A DNA stretch of 64,000 nucleotides from Candidatus Omnitrophota bacterium. Its GTDB lineage: Bacteria > Omnitrophota > Gorgyraeia > Gygaellales > UBA12090. Under the pieces are notes generated by a model. The model ran no database searches. It saw only the letters and a list, made by a program, of their open reading frames with translations, and was not told the DNA's origin. The stretch spans positions 13,938 through 77,937 of the forward strand of contig JAUSCZ010000014.1 in the NCBI GenBank assembly GCA_030674475.1, written 5' to 3'. Positions 25,978 to 33,684 of this stretch are shown in pieces; the stretch's first letter is position 1, and the number at the start of each line of letters is the position of its first letter. The translations under genes were made by a program, and so were the position numbers.

Positions 25978-28065
25978 ATGAATATTCTGCAAATATTGCC
26001 TGAACTTAATTACGGCGGGGTGGAGACCGGAACGGTGGACTTGGCTAAGTACTTAGTCAAGGCTCAGCATAAGGCGGTAGTGGTTTCCGCCGGAGGAGAA
26101 TTAGTAGATAAGCTTAAATGCTTGGGCGCTGTTCATTATTCTCTGGCAGTTAATAAAAAATCCTTATTTTCAATTGTCCGGGCTTGTTTTGAGCTGGTAA
26201 AGATTATTCAAAGAGAAGATATCCGGGTAGTCCATGCCCGTTCCCGGGTTCCGGCCTGGAGCGCTTATTTTGCCGCTAAGCTAACCAATGTCCCTTTTAT
26301 TACCACTTGCCATGGTTATTATTCCCGGCATATTTTAAGCCGGGTGATGGGCTGGGGAAAATTAGTGATTGTGCCCAGTCAGATAATCGGAAGGCGCATG
26401 ATTGATGATTTCGCGGTATCCCCGGAGAGGATAAGGTTGATACCGCGCGGTGTGGATGCCGAAAATTTTACCTTTATCTTACCTGAGGAAAAAAGCCGCA
26501 CCGAGTTCGTGATTGCTTTTATCGCCAGGATTACTCCGATAAAGGGACATCTTTATTTTATCAAGGCAATCCAGCGGGTTTACCGCAGTATTCCTAATAT
26601 TAAGGTCTGGATTATCGGCACCGCCCCCAAATCCAAGTTTCATTATAAAGAGGACCTGGAGATTCTGGTCAAGCGTTTGGGATTGGCGCATATCGTTGAA
26701 TTTTTAGGCAAGAGAAACGATATCCCTCAGCTTTTTTCTAAAATCAATCTTTTGGTTATGGCCTCAACTACCCACGAGGCCTTTGGCCGGGTGATTGTCG
26801 AGGCTCAAATCTCCGGGGTTCCGGTAGTGGCTACCCGGGTAGGAGGGGTGGTAGACATTGTCGAGGATGGCGTGGATGGCCTCCTGTGCGTTCCTAAAGA
26901 TTCTGAAGGTATGGCTGAGGCAATTATCAGGATTTTAAGGGATAATGAGCTAAGCTCTCTATTAGCCAAAAACGGCCATCTTAAAGCGCTTTCAAAATTC
27001 AACTTAGAGAAGATGGCTAAAGACACCCTGGAGGTTTATCAGGAGGCAGTTGGTTTTAAAAGAATTCTGATAATAAAACTGAGCGCTTTGGGCGACCTTA
27101 TCCTTTCGATTCCGGCCTTGAAGGCGATACGTAAGAAATACCATTCTCCTCATAAGATAACCCTGCTTACCGGAAAGGCGATAGCCGCGGTAGTAAGTAA
27201 TTGTCCTTATCTGGATGAGGTAATGGTGTATGATTTTAATGAGAGCGATAAAGGCATCTTCAAGCTTTTTCACCTGGGTAAGGAATTAAGAAGAAAGAAT
27301 TTTGATATGGTCGTTGACCTGCAGAATAATCGCAAGAGCCATATCCTCTGCGCCCTTTCTTTAGCCTCGCTAAGATGCGGCTATCAAAATAAGAAGTTTA
27401 GCTTTTTGCTTAATCGTAAGGTCAAAGAAGATAAATTTATCCTGGGCCCCCTGGAACATCAGTTCCGGGTTTTAAATCTGTTGGATATTGAACTCAAAGA
27501 CAGAAAGATTGAACTTTGGCCTTCAAAAGAGGATGAGAGATATATTGATGATTTTTTAAATTCAGAATGGTTGAGCGGGAGTCAGATTTTGGTGGGGGTC
27601 CACCTTAGTTCTTCCCAGAAATGGCTTACCAAGCGCTGGCCGCTGGAATATGCCGCCCATTTGGTTGAAGAGCTGGCTTTAAGGGATATTCGCGTGGTTT
27701 TAACCGGAGAAAGAATGCCTCAAAATGAGTTGAGAGTTTTTAACGAGATGGCCAAGAAGTCTAAGCCGATTATCGCCTGCGGAAAAACCACCATCAATCA
27801 GCTGGCCTGCCTGATTAAACGTTGTAATGTATTTATCTCAGGCGATACCGCGCCTTTACATATTGCCTCCGGAATCGGCACGCCGGTAATCGCGCTATTC
27901 GGCCCGACTGACCCGCGCCGGCATATCTCCTCGGAGAAAGACGCGTTGATATTAAAAAAAGACTTAGAGTGTCAGCCCTGCTATAAGCCAAAATGCGTAT
28001 CCATAGAGTGCATGAAGAAGATAAGCGTGGATGAGGTCAAAGAGGCGGTATTAAAGCTATTATGA
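25978..28065 (+). CDS. fusion of a GT4 glycosyltransferase (N-terminal) and an ADP-heptose:LPS heptosyltransferase (GT9, C-terminal)
   Basis: GT4 C-terminal motif EAFGRVIVEAQISGVPVVATRVGG. GT9 N-terminus RILIIKLSALGDLILSIPAL and C-terminus LHIASGIGTPVIALFGPTDP. Confidence 0.8.
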   Translation: MNILQILPELNYGGVETGTVDLAKYLVKAQHKAVVVSAGGELVDKLKCLGAVHYSLAVNKKSLFSIVRACFELVKIIQREDIRVVHARSRVPAWSAYFAAKLTNVPFITTCHGYYSRHILSRVMGWGKLVIVPSQIIGRRMIDDFAVSPERIRLIPRGVDAENFTFILPEEKSRTEFVIAFIARITPIKGHLYFIKAIQRVYRSIPNIKVWIIGTAPKSKFHYKEDLEILVKRLGLAHIVEFLGKRNDIPQLFSKINLLVMASTTHEAFGRVIVEAQISGVPVVATRVGGVVDIVEDGVDGLLCVPKDSEGMAEAIIRILRDNELSSLLAKNGHLKALSKFNLEKMAKDTLEVYQEAVGFKRILIIKLSALGDLILSIPALKAIRKKYHSPHKITLLTGKAIAAVVSNCPYLDEVMVYDFNESDKGIFKLFHLGKELRRKNFDMVVDLQNNRKSHILCALSLASLRCGYQNKKFSFLLNRKVKEDKFILGPLEHQFRVLNLLDIELKDRKIELWPSKEDERYIDDFLNSEWLSGSQILVGVHLSSSQKWLTKRWPLEYAAHLVEELALRDIRVVLTGERMPQNELRVFNEMAKKSKPIIACGKTTINQLACLIKRCNVFISGDTAPLHIASGIGTPVIALFGPTDPRRHISSEKDALILKKDLECQPCYKPKCVSIECMKKISVDEVKEAVLKLL

Positions 28066-28082
28066 TAAGCGCTAAGAATAAC

Positions 28083-28222
28083 CAAACACCAAATCCCAAA
28101 TTACAAATAATAATCAATAATCAAATCCCAATAACCAAACCAAGATAGATTCTTCGTTTGGATGATTGGTTATTGATGTTTGGAATTTATTTGGTGCTTG
28201 TTATTTGGTTATTGGTGATTCA
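28083..28222. repeat. heptamer-periodic long imperfect inverted repeat in the 5' leader of the GT4 gene
   Basis: Left arm AATAACC AAACACC AAATCCC AAATTAC.... Right arm GTTTGGA TGATTGG TTATTGA TGTTTGG ... TTGGTTATTGG. The arms are largely complementary. Confidence 0.65.
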
Positions 28223-28223
28223 G

Positions 28224-29336
28224 AATATGAATATTTTAATTCTGGCCAATCATTTTAATCCCGGAGGGATATCCAGCTATATCTTAAATTTGGCTCAAGG
28301 ATTGGCGGTGAAAGGACATCAGGTATCTGTCGGTTCCGCGGGCGGGGAGTGGGTGGAGAGGCTTAAGAAAAATAATATAGAACATATTAATCTGCCTTTA
28401 AAAACCAAATCCATAATCAGCCCTAAGCTTTTGTTTTCTTATTTTATTTTAAAGAAGGAGTTAAGGGATAAACGGATTGATATAATCCACAGCCAGACCC
28501 GGGTTACCAGCGTTTTGGCTTATTGGTTATCCCGAAAGACCCTGGTTCCTTTTATTTCTACCGCCCATGGTTTTTTTAAGCCGCGCTGGGTGAGGTTAAG
28601 ATTTCCCTGTTGGGGGGATTTGGTTATTGCTATCTCAGAGGCAGTCAAAGAGCATTTAATCGCGGATTTTAAGGTTATTCCGAATAAGATACGATTGGTG
28701 CATAATGGAATTAGCCTGAGCAGAGAACAGATAAACACCTGCCTGCCGGCAGGCAGGGATAACAGAGAACAGATAAGGAAAGGGCTTGGATTAAAAGAGG
28801 GGCCGGTGGTGGGAATTATTGCCCGGCTTTCTGAGGTAAAAGGACATATATATTTGATTCAGGCAATGAAGAAGGTTATCGAAGAAATCCCGGAGGCCCA
28901 ACTTTTGAGCGTGGGAGACGGAGCGATAAAAAAAGAATTAGAGAATCTCGCGCGCAGTTTGGGTGTCTTAGGGCGGATAAGTTTTGTTCCCGCGGTCGCG
29001 GACACCCGGGAGGCGCTCTCGGTAATGGATGTCTTTGTGATGCCCTCTTTGCAGGAAGGATTGGGTCTATCTATAATGGAGGCGATGCTTTCCGGACTGG
29101 CGGTAATCGCTTCTTCAGTCGGAGGCATACCGTCTTTGATTAAAGACGGACACACTGGGATATTAGTCGCGCCTAAAGACGCGGAGGCTTTAGCTCAGGC
29201 GATAATCAGCCTGTTGAGGGATAATAAAAAGGCATTCGAATTAGGCAAAAATGCCCGGGAATTGATTGTAAAAGAATTTTCTTTAGAGAGAATGGTTCAG
29301 GAGACAGAAGAGGTTTATCAACAATGCCTAAGGTAA
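28224..29336 (+). CDS. GT4 glycosyltransferase (group 1) carrying a 14-aa in-frame repeat-derived insertion
   Basis: GT4 motifs (EGLGLSIMEAMLSGLAVIASSVGG). Internal ATG at 28224 (MNILILANHFNPGG) is preferred. The track ORF starts at 28158 inside the inverted repeat. Confidence 0.8.
   Translation, partial: NMNILILANHFNPGGISSYILNLAQGLAVKGHQVSVGSAGGEWVERLKKNNIEHINLPLKTKSIISPKLLFSYFILKKELRDKRIDIIHSQTRVTSVLAYWLSRKTLVPFISTAHGFFKPRWVRLRFPCWGDLVIAISEAVKEHLIADFKVIPNKIRLVHNGISLSREQINTCLPAGRDNREQIRKGLGLKEGPVVGIIARLSEVKGHIYLIQAMKKVIEEIPEAQLLSVGDGAIKKELENLARSLGVLGRISFVPAVADTREALSVMDVFVMPSLQEGLGLSIMEAMLSGLAVIASSVGGIPSLIKDGHTGILVAPKDAEALAQAIISLLRDNKKAFELGKNARELIVKEFSLERMVQETEEVYQQCLR
28735..28762. repeat. 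REP-like palindrome CCTGCCTGCCGGCAGGCAGG inserted in-frame inside the GT4 CDS
   Basis: 28-nt insert flanked by 14-nt direct repeats CAGAGAACAGATAA (28721-28734 and 28763-28776). Net +42 nt, read as REQI-NTCLPAGRDN-REQI. Confidence 0.75.
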
Positions 29337-30127
29337 TAAAATTCGGGTTAGTATTTCTTCTTTTTTCTTTCTTTAGCTTTTTAATCTGGCTTAGCACAGT
29401 GCTTAGCCATTATACCGCGCCTATCCTGATGTATCATTACATCAATAATGAGGAGCCGCTCAGAAGCAGGCTGGGGGTGAGTCCGGAGAGCTTTGAAAGG
29501 CAGATGCGTTTTTTAAGAGAGCGTAAATACAATATTGTTTCTCTGGAGGAGTTAACCGATTTGATAAAGAATAAAAAAAGGATACCTTCCGGGACCGTAG
29601 CCATCACCTTTGACGATGGTTATTTGGATAATTATACTAATGCCTATCCGGTGCTGAAAAAATACAATATCCCGGTAACTATTTTCGTGGTAATTAACCG
29701 GATAGGTAAGCATTTAGGAAATGACGATTATATGTCCTGGAGCCAGATAAGAGAGCTTTCCGAAAGCGGCCTGATTACTATCGGAAGCCATAGCATGAAT
29801 CATCCCAACCTAAGCGAAATCAGTTCAGAAGAGCAATTAAAAGAGGAAATCTTTGAGTCAAAAAAAATATTGGAAAAGGAATTGAATCAAGAGGTTAAAT
29901 TTTTCAGTTATCCTTTTGGCGGCCGGAGCCCTGAGGCGCGCCGGATTGTGTCTTTATCCGGCTATAAGGCAGCCGTGGGAACCAATTTTCCTAAAGGTTC
30001 TCCCGGCGACGACATCTACGCCTTGAAGAGACTGCGTATTTCAGAAAACTGCCGGAACCTGTTCATCTTCTGGGTAGAGGCATCCGGTTTTTATACCCAT
30101 ATTAAAGAACAGAGGGATGATTATTAA
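29324..30127 (+). CDS. polysaccharide deacetylase (NodB-homology) with N-terminal TM
   Basis: TFDDGY...NYT, H-x-x-x-H (GSHSMNHPNL) motifs. Confidence 0.8.
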   Translation: MPKVIKFGLVFLLFSFFSFLIWLSTVLSHYTAPILMYHYINNEEPLRSRLGVSPESFERQMRFLRERKYNIVSLEELTDLIKNKKRIPSGTVAITFDDGYLDNYTNAYPVLKKYNIPVTIFVVINRIGKHLGNDDYMSWSQIRELSESGLITIGSHSMNHPNLSEISSEEQLKEEIFESKKILEKELNQEVKFFSYPFGGRSPEARRIVSLSGYKAAVGTNFPKGSPGDDIYALKRLRISENCRNLFIFWVEASGFYTHIKEQRDDY

Positions 30128-30131
30128 ATGA

Positions 30132-30163
30132 GTAGGGGCGAACCTGCGTGTTCGCCCGAATAA
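30132..30163. repeat. GTAG-headed REP-like hairpin (GTAGGGGCGAAC-CTGCGT-GTTCGCCC-GAATAA)
   Basis: Near-identical copy at 42221-42252 (1-nt difference in the loop). Both sit directly after stop codons. Confidence 0.7.
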
Positions 30164-30348
30164 TGACTATGAGAGAGAAGATGACAGAGCCAAATAAACC
30201 TATCGGGAAGATGATCAGAATTGATGATTTTCTGCCGCCGCCAGAGGAGTTAGTCATTCCTCAAGAGACGGTAAAGGTTACGATAGCTCTTAGTAAATTA
30301 AGCATAGGTTTTTTTAAGCATCAAGCCAAGCAACACCGCACGCGCTAA
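30148..30348 (+). pseudogene. truncated BrnA/CopG-like antitoxin fragment (orphan)
   Basis: ...IRIDDFLPPPEELV...VKVTIALSKLSIGFFKHQAK matches the N-terminal two thirds of BrnA-like antitoxins. The C-terminal GxPYQTLI part is missing. No toxin gene nearby. Confidence 0.5.
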
Positions 30349-30463
30349 GACACATCGCAGGGACAAGGCTTCTAACGGGCCAGAGGGCCGTGCCTACCGG
30401 TAAGGAACCGAATAGCCAAAGCCAAGGAATTCTAATCCAGGGGGATATTAAACGAGGTGAGTA

Positions 30464-30853
30464 ATGAGAAAAGAAGTTTTAGATAATGAATTGGCTAAAA
30501 TAGAAAAGATTAGCAAAGAGTTTGATGTGAAAAAAGTATTTTTGTTTGGTTCGTGTCTCGAAAGCGTTGAGACGGCTAATGATATTGATATAGCAGTAGA
30601 GGGAATTAAGGCCAAGGACTTTTTTAAATACTATGGAAGAATCTCTATGGCTACAGATAATGAAGTTGACTTAGTTGATTTGGATGATATTAGAGAGCAT
30701 TTCCAGAAAAGAATTTTATCTAAAGGGAGGATTATATATGAAAGAGCAGTAAGAGCGATACAGGTGGATGATTTTATTTTAGATTCTTTGAAATTTCCAG
30801 TGGGTAAGATAGAAATCCTCCCCTTACCAAGGGGAGGCGGGGAGGGGTTATAA
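30464..30853 (+). CDS. minimal nucleotidyltransferase (MntA/Pol-beta superfamily), orphan
   Basis: FLFGSCLESVETANDIDIAV (GS-X9-DxD) motif. Its C-terminal 12 codons read into palindromic repeat copy 1. No HEPN partner follows. Confidence 0.6.
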   Translation: MRKEVLDNELAKIEKISKEFDVKKVFLFGSCLESVETANDIDIAVEGIKAKDFFKYYGRISMATDNEVDLVDLDDIREHFQKRILSKGRIIYERAVRAIQVDDFILDSLKFPVGKIEILPLPRGGGEGL

Positions 30854-31350
30854 CCAAGGCATTTAATAGACCAGAGCAAAAACTAAAGCGCAAGGCATTG
30901 AGACGCAATATGCCCTTAGCTGAAGTTATTTTATGGAGTAGATTAAAAGGCAAACAATTAGAAGGCTGTAAATTCAGAAGGCAGTATTTGAAATCCTCCC
31001 CTTAACAAGGGGAGGCGGGGTGGGGTCATTAAGCATTTTGTCATAGATTTTTATTCTACTGAATTAAGATTAGCCATAGAACTTGACGGAGAGTCTCACT
31101 ATGTCCAGGACGCGCCGTTGGCGGATAGGGAGAGACAAAACCAAATTAAGGTATTCGATGTTCAATTCCTGAGGTTTACGAACCAGGATATATATGAAAA
31201 TTTAGAAGGGGTATTATTAAAGATAGTTGAACAGATTAAACAAATTACCTCCCCTACCCCTCCTTGGTAAGGAGGGGATAAGAAATCTTTCTATTAACAA
31301 ATGAGGTAAGAAATCCTCCCCTTACCAAGGGGAGGCGGGGAGGGTAAGAA
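30813..31350. repeat. cluster of four ~40-bp palindromic repeats (AAATCCTCCCCTTACCAAGGGGAGGCGGGGAGGG), three direct and one inverted
   Basis: Copies at 30813-30853, 30991-31033, 31247-31286 (inverted) and 31311-31350. Copy 2 splits a DUF559 ORF and brings in a TAA stop. Confidence 0.75.
30868..31270 (+). pseudogene. DUF559 (Vsr-like endonuclease domain) gene disrupted by a palindromic repeat
   Basis: N-part RRNMPLAEVILWSRLKGKQLEGCKFRRQY. C-part VIDFYSTELRLAIELDGESHY...VQFLRFTNQDIYENLEGVL. The two parts match consecutive DUF559 blocks and are separated by the 43-nt repeat at 30991-31033. Confidence 0.65.
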
Positions 31351-31467
31351 AGTAGTTTTGTAGTCAACGAATGAATTTACTCACTCAAAACTTTAAAGGA
31401 CCTAAAATATGCCTGGCCAGGAGATTTTTTGGCTCATTAATGCTTAGATACATGGACTTAACTAAAA

Positions 31468-32544
31468 ATGAAAATACTTATCGTTGAGGTCAATTGGCTG
31501 GGGGATGTGTTGTTTTCTACCCCGGCTATTAAGGCGTTGCGTAATAAATTTCCGGACAGCCGTATCAGTTGTCTGATTGTCCCCAGGGTAAAAGAGGTGT
31601 TAGAGAATAATCCCTCTATCGATGAGCTTATTATTAATGATGAGGAGGGGCTGCATAAAGGATTTTTGGGCGGGTTGAAATTAGTTGAAGCCTTAAGAGG
31701 CAAGAATTTTGATTTGGCGGTTTTTTTTCACCGTTCTTTCTCCCGGGCAGTAATCGCTTATCTGGCCGGAATTCCCCGGAGGCTGGGTTACGTTACCTGG
31801 AAAAGAAGATTCCTGCTGACCGAAGCCATACCAATGCCTAAAAAAGACAGCCTGCATCGGGTGGACCATTATCTAAACATAGTTAAACCCTTAGGATGCG
31901 CTGTGGATGATAGGCAATATGAATTTTTCTTGAGCGAAGAAGATGAAAAGTTCGCTGAGGATTTCTGGAGCAGGGAAGGCTTAAAAAAAGACGATTGGAT
32001 AGTTTGTTTGAATCCGGGAGGAAATTGGGGCCCTAAGCGCTGGCCAAAAGAGAATTTTGCTTTACTTGCTGACTGGCTTATCCGCGAGTATCACGCCAGG
32101 ATTATTTTTAGCGGTTCAAAAGCTGACACTTTGCTGATAGAAGAAATAACCCGGATGATGGAGCAAAAGGAATTTATCATATCCGCCGGATATACCAACC
32201 TTAAAGCTGCCGGGGCTATTTTTAAGAAGGCGAATTTGACGATTTCCGGGGATTCCGGGCCTTTGCATATTGCCGCCAGTGTCGGGGCAAATGTCCTGGC
32301 CTTATTCGGCCCGACCTCGCCCGCGATCACCGGGCCGATTGGTAAAGGCAGGATCGTGGTTATTCACAAGCCAGAGGGCGGTGGTTTGGCTTCCCCCAGC
32401 CAAAGCCATAAGCCGCTGGAGTGCCGGGTTCCTTGTTATGACGCGGCCTGTAATGATAACCGCTGTATGCGGGAAATTAAAGTTGAAGATGTATTGGCAG
32501 AGGTGAAGAAATTAGCGGAGGATGCTCACAGAAATGAAGTTTAG
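31468..32544 (+). CDS. ADP-heptose:LPS heptosyltransferase (GT9) with a 14-aa in-frame repeat insertion
   Basis: MKILIVEVNWLGDVLFSTPAIKAL and LHIAASVGANVLALFGPTSP motifs. The extra EGGGLASPSQSHKP is absent from the two paralogous GT9 C-termini in this window. Confidence 0.85.
   Translation: MKILIVEVNWLGDVLFSTPAIKALRNKFPDSRISCLIVPRVKEVLENNPSIDELIINDEEGLHKGFLGGLKLVEALRGKNFDLAVFFHRSFSRAVIAYLAGIPRRLGYVTWKRRFLLTEAIPMPKKDSLHRVDHYLNIVKPLGCAVDDRQYEFFLSEEDEKFAEDFWSREGLKKDDWIVCLNPGGNWGPKRWPKENFALLADWLIREYHARIIFSGSKADTLLIEEITRMMEQKEFIISAGYTNLKAAGAIFKKANLTISGDSGPLHIAASVGANVLALFGPTSPAITGPIGKGRIVVIHKPEGGGLASPSQSHKPLECRVPCYDAACNDNRCMREIKVEDVLAEVKKLAEDAHRNEV
32365..32415. repeat. GGTTTGGCTTCC-N3-AGCCAAAGCCATAAGCC element inserted in-frame in the heptosyltransferase CDS
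   Basis: 9-nt direct repeats CACAAGCCA / CATAAGCCG lie exactly 42 nt apart (HKP...HKP in protein). The same element occurs intergenically at 18728-18757 and as a tandem at 38721-38825. Confidence 0.65.
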
Positions 32545-33619
32545 GCGGCGGCAAAAAAATTACTTTAACAGAATATTGGTGGTGCGCACGGATAGAATCG
32601 GGGATGTGGTCTTAACCACTCCGGTTTTAAAAGCCTTAAGAGAAAATTATCCTGAAAGCCATATTGCTATGATGGTTAATCCCCAGACCAAAGAACTGCT
32701 TGAGGATAATCCTTATCTTAATGAGGTGATTGTGTATGATAAGGATAAAAAAGATAAAGGGATGCTGGGCTTCTGGAGATTTATCTTGGAATTAAAAAGA
32801 AAAAGATTTGATTTGGCTATAGTATTGCATACTAAAAACCGCCTTAATCTGATTACCTATCTTGCCGATATCAAGCGCCGGGCCGGCTACAAAAATAATA
32901 AATTCGGCTTTTTGCTCACGGATAAACTGATGGATATCCGCCCTCTGGGCCTAAAACACGAGGTTGATTATTGTCTGGACATTCTAAGAAAGCTTGGCCT
33001 GAAAATAAGTGATAAGATTCCTTATATAGCAGTTAAAAAGGAAGATATGGATTCGGTGGGTAATATTCTTGAGGCTGAGGGCATAGGTAGTTCGACTGCG
33101 CTCACCACAGGCCGCGATATTAAGATTGCCGCTATTCATCCCGGCTCAAGCTGTATTTCCAAACGCTGGCCAAGAGAGAGATTTGTGGTTTTGGCTAACC
33201 GGCTGGTTGAGGATTATGGCCTGAAGGTCATTCTGATTGCTTCGGGTGAAGAGAATGAGGCTATTGCTAATGAGATAGCCAAACAGATAAGATATCCGGT
33301 TCTGAATCTATCCGGAAAGTTATCTCTGGGCCAATTATCCGCGCTTTTAAAACGCTGTGTTATTTTTATTTCTAACGATTCCGGCCCGGTGCATATTGCC
33401 AGCGCCGTGGGCACGCCGGTAGTCTCTATCTTTGGCCGCAACCAGGCGGGTTTAAGCCCGGCGCGTTGGGCCCCGGTAGGGAGAAAAGATGCGTATCTGC
33501 ATAAAGAGGTGGGTTGCTCGATATGCCTGGCGCATAACTGTAATATCGGTTTTGACTGTCTGAAGGCCATAACCGTGGAGGATGTGTTAAAGGCAGTTGA
33601 CGATATCCTCAAGGCGTGA
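32522..33619 (+). CDS. ADP-heptose:LPS heptosyltransferase II-like (GT9)
   Basis: RILVVRTDRIGDVVLTTPVLKAL, VHIASAVGTPVVSIFG motifs. Confidence 0.85.
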   Translation: MLTEMKFRRRQKNYFNRILVVRTDRIGDVVLTTPVLKALRENYPESHIAMMVNPQTKELLEDNPYLNEVIVYDKDKKDKGMLGFWRFILELKRKRFDLAIVLHTKNRLNLITYLADIKRRAGYKNNKFGFLLTDKLMDIRPLGLKHEVDYCLDILRKLGLKISDKIPYIAVKKEDMDSVGNILEAEGIGSSTALTTGRDIKIAAIHPGSSCISKRWPRERFVVLANRLVEDYGLKVILIASGEENEAIANEIAKQIRYPVLNLSGKLSLGQLSALLKRCVIFISNDSGPVHIASAVGTPVVSIFGRNQAGLSPARWAPVGRKDAYLHKEVGCSICLAHNCNIGFDCLKAITVEDVLKAVDDILKA

Positions 33620-33684
33620 TATTATACACTGATAACTCAAAGAAGTTTTAGACTTCGTAAGTTAACCATAGAACGAAATGTAAG

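Noticed and set aside
30813-31350. Possible CRISPR array built from the ~40-bp CCTCCCCTTACCAAGGGGAGG repeats
   Set aside because: There are only four copies. One is in inverted orientation, the spacings are irregular (172 and 320 nt), and a recognisable DUF559 gene fragment lies between copies. This fits dispersed MITE/REP insertions, not a CRISPR locus, and there are no cas genes in the window.
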